DNA of 64,000 nt from NCBI GenBank assembly GCA_938084885.1, contig CALKGG010000023.1, forward strand, positions 35,065 through 99,064. The letters are read 5' to 3'. The notes beneath the pieces are model-generated. The model saw only the letters and a program-made list of their open reading frames with translations. It made no database searches and was not told the origin of the DNA. Below, in pieces: positions 45,009-53,741 of the stretch; position 1 is the first letter of the stretch; each line of letters starts with the position of its first letter. The DNA is from an uncultured Acidimicrobiales bacterium (GTDB lineage: Bacteria; Actinomycetota; Acidimicrobiia; Acidimicrobiales; SHLQ01). Both the position numbers and the translations under genes were made by a program.

Positions 45009-46444
45009 GTCGTCGTCCGTTCACTTCTCTGCGCGCGCTCACTGCGATCGCACTTGTGGTGTTGTCCCTCATTCTGGCGGCTATTCCCGCGTCTGCGCAG
45101 ACCGAGGATTCCGATTCTGACGACGGCGACGCAGAGATCGTGCCGACCCAGCCTGTGGGCTCTGCTGGATTTGTCGACATCATCGAGGTCAACGGTCTAA
45201 TCGATCCAATCATGGTCGACTTTATCTCACGGTCGCTGAGCGAATCTGAGGCGGCCGGTGCCAACGGCGTTGTGTTGCAAATGGAAAGCTCGGGCGCCGC
45301 GGTCGACGATGAAAAGCTCACAGAGCTCGCCACGCAGATCTCCGAACTCGACGTGCCGGTATCGGTGTGGCTCGGTCAGGCAAACAACGGTCTCGCACTC
45401 GGCCGCGCTGGTCAGCTGGTGCTCGCTTCGAGCCGAATCGGTATTGCGCCGGGTAGCGAATTCGGCGACTTCGGTGAGTCAATCCTCACCGGATCTGCAG
45501 CAGAGGGTCCCTTCGTCAGCCTGTTCGACGGAGGGTTCTCCGGTGGCATCTTCACCTACGACGATCTGATAGCGCTGTCGCTCGACGATCCGAGCCTGCC
45601 CATCCAGGACGCGCCGCTTGTGCTGAACCATTTGCTCGAACTCGACGAGTTCCAATTCGAGATTTTGAACGCTGGCGACGCCCTTCCGGACGGTTCGTTG
45701 ATTCCCGAAGGCGCCGACGCCACTCGTATTCCGGTGACGCAAAGTCGCTTCGTGACGCTCCCACTGATCGACCAGCAGTTCCACACCTTTGCGTCACCAC
45801 CGGTTGCCTATCTGCTGTTCGTAATCGGCCTCGGACTGTTGGTCTTTGAACTCTTTACCGCTGGTGTTGGTGTTGCCGGAGTGCTCGGCGCCGGTGCTTT
45901 TCTTGCTGGAGGCTACGGCCTTGCTGTACTCGACGCCCGCTGGTGGGCAGTGACGATGCTCGTCATTGCCTTCATTGGGTTCGCTATCGATGTGCAATCG
46001 GGCATCCAAGCATTCTGGAGCGCCGTTGGCGTGGCCTTCCTCATCATTGGATCGCTGTTTCTTCTCGGCGATCACAGCATTGGCTGGTTGCCGCTCAGCG
46101 TTGGGATCATCGGCATGTTGTTCGCCATGCTCGGCGGTATGCCAGCAATGGTCAGGACCCGCTTCTCGACGCCGACGATTGGTCGAGATTGGATGATTGG
46201 CGAGGTCGGGGAAGTCACTCGCGACGTCGATCCCGATGGCATCATCATGCTTCGTGGTGCGCCGTGGCGGGCGCGAACAAACCGGGCCACGCCGATCATT
46301 GTTGGCGACCAGGCCCGTGTTGTAGAGATCGATGGCTTGCTTCTCGAGATCGAACCAATCGAGGGTGGCGCGATCGACTATCGAGAACGTCGCCGCCAAG
46401 AAGACGAGCACGCCGCGCTCGATGAGCTCGAAGGCCTTAGCTAG
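44984..46444 (+). CDS. NfeD family membrane protein (long form with ClpP/SppA-like N-domain)
   Basis: 486 aa. Signal peptide (..AAIPASAQ), a ClpP-class domain, 4-5 TM, and a C-terminal NfeD OB-fold (GEVGEVTRDVDPDGIIMLRGAPWRA..VGDQARVVEIDGLLLEIEP). Confidence 0.75.
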   Translation: MDTENHAASRRPFTSLRALTAIALVVLSLILAAIPASAQTEDSDSDDGDAEIVPTQPVGSAGFVDIIEVNGLIDPIMVDFISRSLSESEAAGANGVVLQMESSGAAVDDEKLTELATQISELDVPVSVWLGQANNGLALGRAGQLVLASSRIGIAPGSEFGDFGESILTGSAAEGPFVSLFDGGFSGGIFTYDDLIALSLDDPSLPIQDAPLVLNHLLELDEFQFEILNAGDALPDGSLIPEGADATRIPVTQSRFVTLPLIDQQFHTFASPPVAYLLFVIGLGLLVFELFTAGVGVAGVLGAGAFLAGGYGLAVLDARWWAVTMLVIAFIGFAIDVQSGIQAFWSAVGVAFLIIGSLFLLGDHSIGWLPLSVGIIGMLFAMLGGMPAMVRTRFSTPTIGRDWMIGEVGEVTRDVDPDGIIMLRGAPWRARTNRATPIIVGDQARVVEIDGLLLEIEPIEGGAIDYRERRRQEDEHAALDELEGLS

Positions 46445-46485
46445 CCGTCGCTACCGCCAGAGCGATCTCTCCAGAAGAACGTTCT

Positions 46486-46788
46486 CTACAGAAGAACGCG
46501 GCGCTCTTTTTCGCTGAGTCCGCCCCATACCCCGTGCGGTTCGCGAATGGCAATGGAGTACTCACGGCATTGGGCCATGACCGGGCAGGCGAGGCAAATG
46601 TTCTTCGCCTTCTGTTCGCGTGCGAGCTTCTCGCGCTTGCGCTCGCTGGTGGGCGGAGGAAAGAACACCGAGCCGAGCGGGCCGCGGCATGCCGCACGCT
46701 CTTGCCACAGCAGTCCCCCAACTGCCTCCGATGAATTCTGTTGAACCGCCAACCTGATTCCCCTCTGAGGACCGGTTCTGCCAACCAC
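46486..46788 (-). CDS. WhiB family transcriptional regulator
   Basis: AACRG...C-x2-C-x5-C (NICLACPVMAQC) and the GVWGG turn. Up to 100 aa, exact start uncertain. Confidence 0.88.
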   Translation of the reverse strand: MVGRTGPQRGIRLAVQQNSSEAVGGLLWQERAACRGPLGSVFFPPPTSERKREKLAREQKAKNICLACPVMAQCREYSIAIREPHGVWGGLSEKERRVLL

Positions 46789-46914
46789 GACTCGTCGGTT
46801 GGGTGTCCTCGATAGATTTCCCGCACATGCTCCCCGTAGGGTCGGTCCAATGGACCACGCATCCGAACCTAGGCGCGAGGTGTGACATAAGACAAGGGGG
46901 AGAACGGGAAGCGC

Positions 46915-48633
46915 CTACTTCTTTGGGAGTCTGGGTCCTGCGATGCGAAGGTTTTCTCGCCGTCGAGTCACGCCGCTCGCGTCGAGTCGGTTGATCAACG
47001 GCATTGCGTGTTTGCGGGTGTTGCCCATGGCTGTTCGAACCTCGGACACCGTGACACCCTCGGGTTGTGCTCGCAGAAGGTCAGCAACGAGTTGGGCTGC
47101 CGCGTCGATGACCTCGGGCGCGAAATAGATGCCGTCTTCGACCACGACCTCACCGCGCCTGACGAGTTCACGCAGCTCGCTACGGTCGATGTCGTCGGGG
47201 TCCGGGGGAGCGAAGCCGCCTACGATCAGTGCGTTGACATACGGATGCGCTTCGAGCGGATCGATAGCTTCGACCGTCGTTGCCCGACCGCCTGACACGA
47301 CGACATTGGTCAACAGCGCGAGCGTCGCCTTTTGCTGGTCGGTCAGCGTCGCAGTCTCAAGGCCGAGGCCTCCGGCCTCTTCGATCTTGGTCCGAACATC
47401 GTCGATGCCGGCTTGTAGCGCTTGGGGGTCGACGACCCACCTGCCAACATCGGGCTCTCGGTCTTCGCCGGTGAGCAAACGAAGTTCCTCAGCGTCGACC
47501 CATCCTCGCTCCGCAATGACCCGGTCGACCGAACGATCCGGGCTCGCGATCGAGGCTTTGGTTCGTGGGTCGACGTCGAGGATTTCGCCGCCACCGATGG
47601 TTTCGGCGCGTCCGGATTCTCGCAGCACGAAACGGTCTCCGGGGAGGAGCGGTAGCGCGTGCGGCAGATAGATCCGAATGTTCCCCGTTGTTCCCGGAGC
47701 AATCGCGTCACCGAGGATACGAATGCGAACCGCATGTTCGCCTGCGCCCAAGTAGAGCAGGTGCGCACCGCGGCGCGACACGTCGTGGTCGAGAGACGAA
47801 AGCACGCTTAACCGGCCATCGAATACCGACGTTTCATGCCACTCGCCCTGCCGAACAAGAACATCGCCCCGACGCAATTGGTCGTGGCTCACGCCGGTGA
47901 GGTTGATTGCCGTGCGGTTTCCGGGACCGACTTTGGTGCGCTCGGCGTGCAAACTCTGCAAGCCGCGCAGGCGGACGGCCTTTCGTTGGGGCAAGAGCAA
48001 CATTTCGTCGTCGATTCGGATTCGACCCCCGGTGAGGGTGCCCGTGACAACGGTGCCCGAACCTTTCGCGGAGAACGCCCGATCGACCCACAGGCGCGGC
48101 GTGCCCCGATCGGCGGCCCCCGGCGCAACCGTGAGCATCTCGTCGAGCGCGGCCCGAAGGTCGTCGATCCCAATGCCATCGATCGAGTCGACGGGCACGA
48201 TCGGTGCTCCTTCGAGGAACGTGTCGGCAACCCGTTCTTCGACTTCCATTATGGCCAGCTCGACGAGCTCATCGTCGGCGAGGCCGATCTTGGTGAGGGC
48301 GATGATTCCGTGCTGAACACCGAGAACATCGAGAATTCTGAGGTGCTCTTCTGTCTGGGGTTTCCACCCCTCGTTGGCGTCGACGATAAACAGGCAGGCA
48401 TCGACCGCCCCGACGCCCGCCAACATGTTCTTCAAGAAGCGAATGTGACCAGGCACATCGATCAGCGACAGGACTTTGCCACTCGGCAATTTGGCTGACG
48501 CAAACCCGAGGTCGATAGTTAGGCCCCGTGCTTTCTCTTCGGCGAAACGGTCGGGGTCGGTCCCGGTGAGCGCACGAACGAGCGTCGACTTTCCATGGTC
48601 GACGTGGCCTGCGGTAGAGATGACATGGCTCAT
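46915..48633 (-). CDS. selB: Selenocysteine-specific translation elongation factor
   Basis: 572 aa. G1 AGHVDHGKSTL, G3 DVPGH, an EF-Tu-like domain II/III, and a long winged-helix-type C-terminus. ATGA overlap with selA. Confidence 0.88.
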   Translation of the reverse strand: MSHVISTAGHVDHGKSTLVRALTGTDPDRFAEEKARGLTIDLGFASAKLPSGKVLSLIDVPGHIRFLKNMLAGVGAVDACLFIVDANEGWKPQTEEHLRILDVLGVQHGIIALTKIGLADDELVELAIMEVEERVADTFLEGAPIVPVDSIDGIGIDDLRAALDEMLTVAPGAADRGTPRLWVDRAFSAKGSGTVVTGTLTGGRIRIDDEMLLLPQRKAVRLRGLQSLHAERTKVGPGNRTAINLTGVSHDQLRRGDVLVRQGEWHETSVFDGRLSVLSSLDHDVSRRGAHLLYLGAGEHAVRIRILGDAIAPGTTGNIRIYLPHALPLLPGDRFVLRESGRAETIGGGEILDVDPRTKASIASPDRSVDRVIAERGWVDAEELRLLTGEDREPDVGRWVVDPQALQAGIDDVRTKIEEAGGLGLETATLTDQQKATLALLTNVVVSGGRATTVEAIDPLEAHPYVNALIVGGFAPPDPDDIDRSELRELVRRGEVVVEDGIYFAPEVIDAAAQLVADLLRAQPEGVTVSEVRTAMGNTRKHAMPLINRLDASGVTRRRENLRIAGPRLPKK

Positions 48634-49925
48634 GTGGACGCAGGCACCTCGCGTAGCGCGGCGACGACGGCATCATCGTCGGCTTCGTCGATTGTACGCA
48701 GGTCGAGCACGGTCGATTCGTCGATCACCCGCGCCATGATCGCGACCGGCGCAGCCCGAAGCTGGCCGCGTCGATCGCCGGAAATCGAGATCCCAACCGA
48801 TGGGATTTCAACGGTCGGCAACGTACCGCCGCCAGGCACCGAAGTGGTTTCGACCACCGAACCCACACCCGCAGCCGTCACGATTGTGTTGGCGCGGGCC
48901 TCGAGCTCGTCGGGGGTAGCCATGGCCATCTTCCAGAACGGGATCGCTTCCCAATCTCGACGCATGTAGGTCAACGCCAATTCTTGGAGGGCGCCAAGGA
49001 CGAGACCGCCGGGCCGCAGTGCCCGTGCGAGCGGGTGCTGCGCGCATTTGGCGACCAACTCGGCGTTGCCGGCAATGATGCCAGCCTGGGGGCCGCCCAA
49101 GAGCTTGTCGCCCGAAAACGCAACGAGCGCAGCGCCGTCGGCAAGCGTCTGTTTCGCTGCGGGTTCGTCACTCAGCCATGAGGGAGGCCCCATTGGGAGC
49201 CAGGGACACGCGGCGTCCAACAGGCCAGAACCAATGTCGCTCGCAAGTGGCACGCCGAGATCTGCCAGCGCTCGAGTCGACGGCATTTCAGTAAAGCCCA
49301 TGATCTTGAAATTCGACTGGTGAATCTGCATGACGAGCGCAATGTCAGACTCGGGGTCGTCGATCCGTTTGCGGTAGTCGCCGGCCCTCGTCCTGTTGGT
49401 CGTGCCCACCTCGACCAGCGTCGCTCCGCTCTGCTCCATGACATCGGGCACCCGGAAACCGCCACCGATCTCGACAAGCTCACCGCGCGAAACAGCAACA
49501 CCTCGCCCGGGCGCCAATGCCGCCAAGATCAACATGACCGCAGACGCGCAGTTGTTGACGACGATGGCCGCTTCGGCTCCGCAGAGGTTGGCGATCAGAC
49601 TCGGCGCTTGGGCTTGGCGAGAACCGCGTTCTCCAGTGGCGAGGTCGAGTTCGAGGTTGCGGAAACCAGCCGATTGCGACACCCCGTTCGGCGCCCGACC
49701 AAGATTTGTGTGGAGCATCGTGCCGGTCGCATTGATGACCCGTTGCAACATGAGCTGTTGAATTCGGGCAGCGTTGGAGCGTGCAGCGTCGGGATCCCCC
49801 GAGGCGATTGCGTCCCGGGCGGCACTCACCAGGAGTGGGTGTGGCAGACCCGTGTCGGCAATTGACCGAGCAAGCGCATCTACCGATGGTGGTCTGCCGG
49901 CGGGGGGAGGGGGAGTCGTGCTCAC
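48630..49925 (-). CDS. selA: L-seryl-tRNA(Sec) selenium transferase
   Basis: 431 aa. PLP-lysine context FSGDKLLGGPQAGII is canonical for SelA. Confidence 0.9.
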   Translation of the reverse strand: MSTTPPPPAGRPPSVDALARSIADTGLPHPLLVSAARDAIASGDPDAARSNAARIQQLMLQRVINATGTMLHTNLGRAPNGVSQSAGFRNLELDLATGERGSRQAQAPSLIANLCGAEAAIVVNNCASAVMLILAALAPGRGVAVSRGELVEIGGGFRVPDVMEQSGATLVEVGTTNRTRAGDYRKRIDDPESDIALVMQIHQSNFKIMGFTEMPSTRALADLGVPLASDIGSGLLDAACPWLPMGPPSWLSDEPAAKQTLADGAALVAFSGDKLLGGPQAGIIAGNAELVAKCAQHPLARALRPGGLVLGALQELALTYMRRDWEAIPFWKMAMATPDELEARANTIVTAAGVGSVVETTSVPGGGTLPTVEIPSVGISISGDRRGQLRAAPVAIMARVIDESTVLDLRTIDEADDDAVVAALREVPAST

Positions 49926-49969
49926 TACACCACTCTAGCTCGCAACGATTTGGCCTTATCTGACGGCCC

Positions 49970-49991
49970 GGTCGTGCCGATGGGCACGACC
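49970..49991 (+). promoter_or_regulatory. Perfect 9-bp GC-rich hairpin ending 1 nt before the start codon at 49993
   Basis: GGTCGTGCC-GATG-GGCACGACC read directly. It lies in the divergent selA / diguanylate cyclase spacer. No SD is visible outside it. Confidence 0.5.
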
Positions 49992-49992
49992 C

Positions 49993-51324
49993 ATGGCACA
50001 AGAGACGAATTGGATAGACCGCCTTGACTCGGTCCACGAAGACAGCATCGGTGGTGTGGTCGTCGATGAGGGATTCGGTGTGCGAGCAATCTCTGATGCT
50101 GTGCTGCGGCGCACGGGGATGTCCCGCCAGGGCGCGCTCGAGAAGAGCATTCTCGACGTCTTCCATCCCTCTGATATTGGGCCTGCTGCAGCGGTCATCC
50201 GACAGGCAACTCCCGGCGAGGTTTCACCAGCTCCCGGCGCGTACCGAGTGATATCGAGTTCGGGAACGTGGGACATCTACCAGATGTCGATTATTCACCT
50301 CGGCGAGAAGCACGACAACGCCGTCGTGATCGAGTTCTCGCGAGCAGGCGAACGGGCGCGTGCACAATCGTTGATCGACGACACGGTCGAACTCACAAAA
50401 TTGCTCGTCGAGCCAGGGTCGCTACGAAACAGCCTCCGAGGCGTCGCTGACTTCGCGGAACGCAACGTCGACCGCCTCTCATTGGCCATCACGATCTTCT
50501 CAGAAGACGGAAGCTCTGCCACGTTCTGTCAACGTGATCTCGACGAGGCAACGACAGAAATGAATGCTGCTGCCCACCCGCTGTCGCTCCCACAACACGT
50601 GGTCGAGTCGTATAGCAAGGCAAAGATTCGTGCGTGGAGTTCCAACGCTGAGGTCGGAACAATCATGGCGGATCGGCCCGACCGCGTGACCATGGTGTTG
50701 TTGGATTTCGACGACAACATCCTCGGCTACGTCGATGCCTTCCGTCCGTCGAAGGCCCCGCCCGACGAGAACGAATGGCGCGTCTACCGGCTCGCCGTAC
50801 AGATGCTTCGCGCCGTGATGATCAACGCACAGCTCGATGCTCGTCTCGATTTTCTGGGTTTCAACGATGCCCTGACCGGCGTTGCCAATCGCCATCAACT
50901 GCTCGACGTGATGAGCAATGCCGAACTCGATGGCTCAGGTGTGCTCGTCATCAACCTCGACAGGTTCTCGTGGGTGAACAGGTCGATGGGGTTCGCTGCT
51001 GGAGATACCGTCCTGCGCTCGGTCGCTGCGAGCCTGCTTGGGTTCGTGCCTCCAAAGGCGGTTACGGCTCGCCTCTCCGGAGACGAGTTTCTCGTGTGGC
51101 TTCCGACTGTTGACGCCGATCATGAAGTGTTCCGTTTCGGCGAGCAGATGCGCACCGCCATCATGGTCCCGATCGACAACGACGACCGACGGACGCGTAC
51201 TCGTTGTTCGATCGGCTCGACCCATGCGGTCGCCGGTGAGAGCGCCGATGACGTTATCCATCGGGCGATGGAGGCGTTGATGGAAGCAAAGTCCGCTGGC
51301 GGCGATCGCGTGGTTCACCGTTAG
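49993..51324 (+). CDS. PAS/GAF-like sensor diguanylate cyclase (SGDEF variant)
   Basis: 443 aa. PAS-like N-terminus and a C-terminal GGDEF domain (LTGVANRHQL, NLDRFSWVNRSMGFAAGD, RLSGDEFLVW). No RxxD I-site at the expected offset. Confidence 0.8.
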   Translation: MAQETNWIDRLDSVHEDSIGGVVVDEGFGVRAISDAVLRRTGMSRQGALEKSILDVFHPSDIGPAAAVIRQATPGEVSPAPGAYRVISSSGTWDIYQMSIIHLGEKHDNAVVIEFSRAGERARAQSLIDDTVELTKLLVEPGSLRNSLRGVADFAERNVDRLSLAITIFSEDGSSATFCQRDLDEATTEMNAAAHPLSLPQHVVESYSKAKIRAWSSNAEVGTIMADRPDRVTMVLLDFDDNILGYVDAFRPSKAPPDENEWRVYRLAVQMLRAVMINAQLDARLDFLGFNDALTGVANRHQLLDVMSNAELDGSGVLVINLDRFSWVNRSMGFAAGDTVLRSVAASLLGFVPPKAVTARLSGDEFLVWLPTVDADHEVFRFGEQMRTAIMVPIDNDDRRTRTRCSIGSTHAVAGESADDVIHRAMEALMEAKSAGGDRVVHR

Positions 51325-51418
51325 GTCCGTCAGCCGCTGGCCGCTACGAGTGGTGAGATACTGCAATTGCAAAGTCTCGTTCCGTACGATTGGCGGCGTT
51401 GTCCGATAGGTTGCGCGG

Positions 51419-52993
51419 ATGGTGCGGAGCGTGTGGGTGCTTTTTGTCGTGTTGACGGTCCTCGCCGTGGGTTGTGCATCCGCCGACCCGGTTGCGGGTA
51501 GACCAGCCAGACTCGTTGGTGAAGGCACGCTCGTGACCGAGGTCGAACCAGTTGCTGAGGTCGCCTCTGCCATCGAAGAACGCACGATCGTGTCGAGTGA
51601 TGTCACACCTGTCGAAGCAGTGCCAATGAATGCTGCCGCAGACGTGAACAAGGACTTGGGTCGGGGCATCAACTTTGGAAATTCGCTCGAGGCCCCGCGT
51701 GAGGGCGACTGGGGAGCTGGGCTCGAGGCCGAGTATTTCCGTCTCGTTGCCGAGGCAGGATTCGAGCACGTACGACTTCCGGTGAGCTGGGCCGAGTACG
51801 CAGCGACCAGCGCGCCGTTTACCATCCCGACCGGGATCGATCCGGCCATTTCTGACCAGCCCTATACAAATATCTGGGAGCGGGTCGACTGGGCAATTGA
51901 CCAGGCCGAAGCGAACGATCTCATGATCATCGTCAACATGCACCATTACGTCGAAGCACAACAGGACCCGCTGGCGCACTGGGACCGAATTCTCGGGATG
52001 TGGGAGCAGATAGCTCCGCACTATGCCGATGCCGGTGATCACGTGGTCTTCGAGCTATTCAACGAGCCGTACGGGGTGTTCTATGACGATCCCGATCTGT
52101 GGAACGAGTTGCTCGTCGAGATCCTTGCGATTGTTCGAGAGTCGAACCCGACGAGGCCGGTCCTGATTGGTCCAGCGGGCTTTAATCGCATCGACTTCCT
52201 CGAGCATTTAGTCCTTCCCGACGATGACCACCTGATCGCCACGGTGCATCTCTACGAACCGTTGAACTTCACGCATCAAGGCGCCGAATGGCTCGAGGAC
52301 ATCCCACAGATCGGTGTGCCGTGGGCGGCGGACACGTTTGGATGGACAGAAGGCTTGTACGACCGCTCGTGGGATAGTCGAGTGATCACCGAGGACGACA
52401 AACTACGCGTCGATTTCGGGCGGCAATGGGCTGGCTTTAGCGTCGACTACGTCGAGCCATCGCGCCCGACCGAGGTTCGTTTCGTCGTCGAGGGCGAGGG
52501 CAGCCTCCGCATTGGGTGTCGTGCGGGGGAGGTCGACGAACTCGATCAGGCTCGCATCGAGAGTACGACTGCGCCGCAGCAGTTCACGATCGACCTGTCG
52601 GGGTGCTCTGACCACGCGAGCGGCTTTGCGGTGATGAATGAACGCGATGATTTCGGTCCAATTTTCTTTTCGTCGTTCGAATTTTGTACCGAAGCCCGGG
52701 GTTGTCAGAACATTGTGACCAACGCCGACTCTGCCCTGCGGCGGTGGGTGCAGCGGGCGAGTGAGTGGAGCGTCGCTATGGGCGTTCCGGTGCACATTGG
52801 CGAGTTCGGCGCGTTCTCTGCCGATGGGCAAGTGCCGATTGGCGATCGGGCTGCGTGGACGAGCACTGTGGTCGACGAAGCAACGAGCCATGGTTTGTCC
52901 TTTGCCTACTGGGAGTTCCACGCTGGGTATGCCGTCTACGACGTGGAGACCAACGAATGGAACGCTCCGCTTCTCGATGCGCTGCTGAACTAG
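51419..52993 (+). CDS. Glycoside hydrolase family 5 (cellulase/mannanase-type) lipoprotein with inserted module
   Basis: Lipobox LAVGCAS. GH5 motifs INFGNSLE, VRLPVSW, NMHHY, FELFNEP (acid/base), VHLYEP, HIGEFGA (nucleophile). The two catalytic Glu are about 246 aa apart. Confidence 0.8.
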   Translation: MVRSVWVLFVVLTVLAVGCASADPVAGRPARLVGEGTLVTEVEPVAEVASAIEERTIVSSDVTPVEAVPMNAAADVNKDLGRGINFGNSLEAPREGDWGAGLEAEYFRLVAEAGFEHVRLPVSWAEYAATSAPFTIPTGIDPAISDQPYTNIWERVDWAIDQAEANDLMIIVNMHHYVEAQQDPLAHWDRILGMWEQIAPHYADAGDHVVFELFNEPYGVFYDDPDLWNELLVEILAIVRESNPTRPVLIGPAGFNRIDFLEHLVLPDDDHLIATVHLYEPLNFTHQGAEWLEDIPQIGVPWAADTFGWTEGLYDRSWDSRVITEDDKLRVDFGRQWAGFSVDYVEPSRPTEVRFVVEGEGSLRIGCRAGEVDELDQARIESTTAPQQFTIDLSGCSDHASGFAVMNERDDFGPIFFSSFEFCTEARGCQNIVTNADSALRRWVQRASEWSVAMGVPVHIGEFGAFSADGQVPIGDRAAWTSTVVDEATSHGLSFAYWEFHAGYAVYDVETNEWNAPLLDALLN

Positions 52994-53102
52994 GTTCTGC
53001 ATCTACGAAACGAGGTGCGAAACACCCAGGCGTTGGACGGGGAGTCGCTCAGGTGGTGAGGCGAATGGAATATCTGCGGCGGGCGCATCGTAGTGTTAGA
53101 GC

Positions 53103-53681
53103 GTGAAGCTCTTCATTGCATTCATCGTCGTTCCCGTCGTCGAGATCTTCCTCATCACTCGGGTCGCGAGCCAGATTCAATGGCCGTTGACATTGGCGCT
53201 TGTCATTGGCGTGTCGATGGTGGGGGCCTTCCTCGTCAAACGTGAGGGGCTCGGGGTTATCGATCGCGTCCGTAGCGGTCTTGGATCCGGGAAGCTGCCA
53301 ACGAACGAGCTCGCCGACGGTGCAATGATTTTCTTTGCATCTGCGCTGATGCTGACCCCGGGCTTTCTCACCGACGCTGTTGGTCTTGCGCTGCTGATTC
53401 CGCCGATCCGTGCCCTTCTTCGGCCGCCCGTTGTTGAGTTTTTCAAGAAGCGGGTCGAGGTCAAGGCAAACACGATGGGTGTCGGTTTCGGTGGTGGCTT
53501 TGGACCTGGGGTCGGTCGATCGGGGTTTCCCGGCGCTGGTTTCCCAGGAGGCTTTCGCGGTGCCCGTGGCCCAGGCGCGGGACGGGACATTTTCGACGTC
53601 GACGGCGCACGTGCGGCGGCCGAAGCGGAGAGTACTGATATCACGCCGAAGCCCGGCGAGCTCGGAGAACGCGCCGACTGA
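53103..53681 (+). CDS. fxsA: FxsA family membrane protein with Gly/Phe-rich tail
   Basis: (M)KLFIAFIVVPVVEIFL..., LTPGFLTDAVGLALLIPPIR, then a GFGGGFGPG..GFPGGFRG low-complexity tail. GTG start. Confidence 0.75.
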   Translation: MKLFIAFIVVPVVEIFLITRVASQIQWPLTLALVIGVSMVGAFLVKREGLGVIDRVRSGLGSGKLPTNELADGAMIFFASALMLTPGFLTDAVGLALLIPPIRALLRPPVVEFFKKRVEVKANTMGVGFGGGFGPGVGRSGFPGAGFPGGFRGARGPGAGRDIFDVDGARAAAEAESTDITPKPGELGERAD

Positions 53682-53741
53682 ACGTCCGGGCATCTGCTGT
53701 CTGTCTGGGTTGATATTTCGAACGCGGGTTAGAGTCCCGGC

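Noticed and set aside
46789-46914. Searched the selB-whiB spacer, and also the selA upstream spacer at 49926-49992, for tRNA-Sec (selC).
   Set aside because: I could not fold a long-acceptor, long-variable-arm tRNA with a UCA anticodon on either strand. Manual search only.
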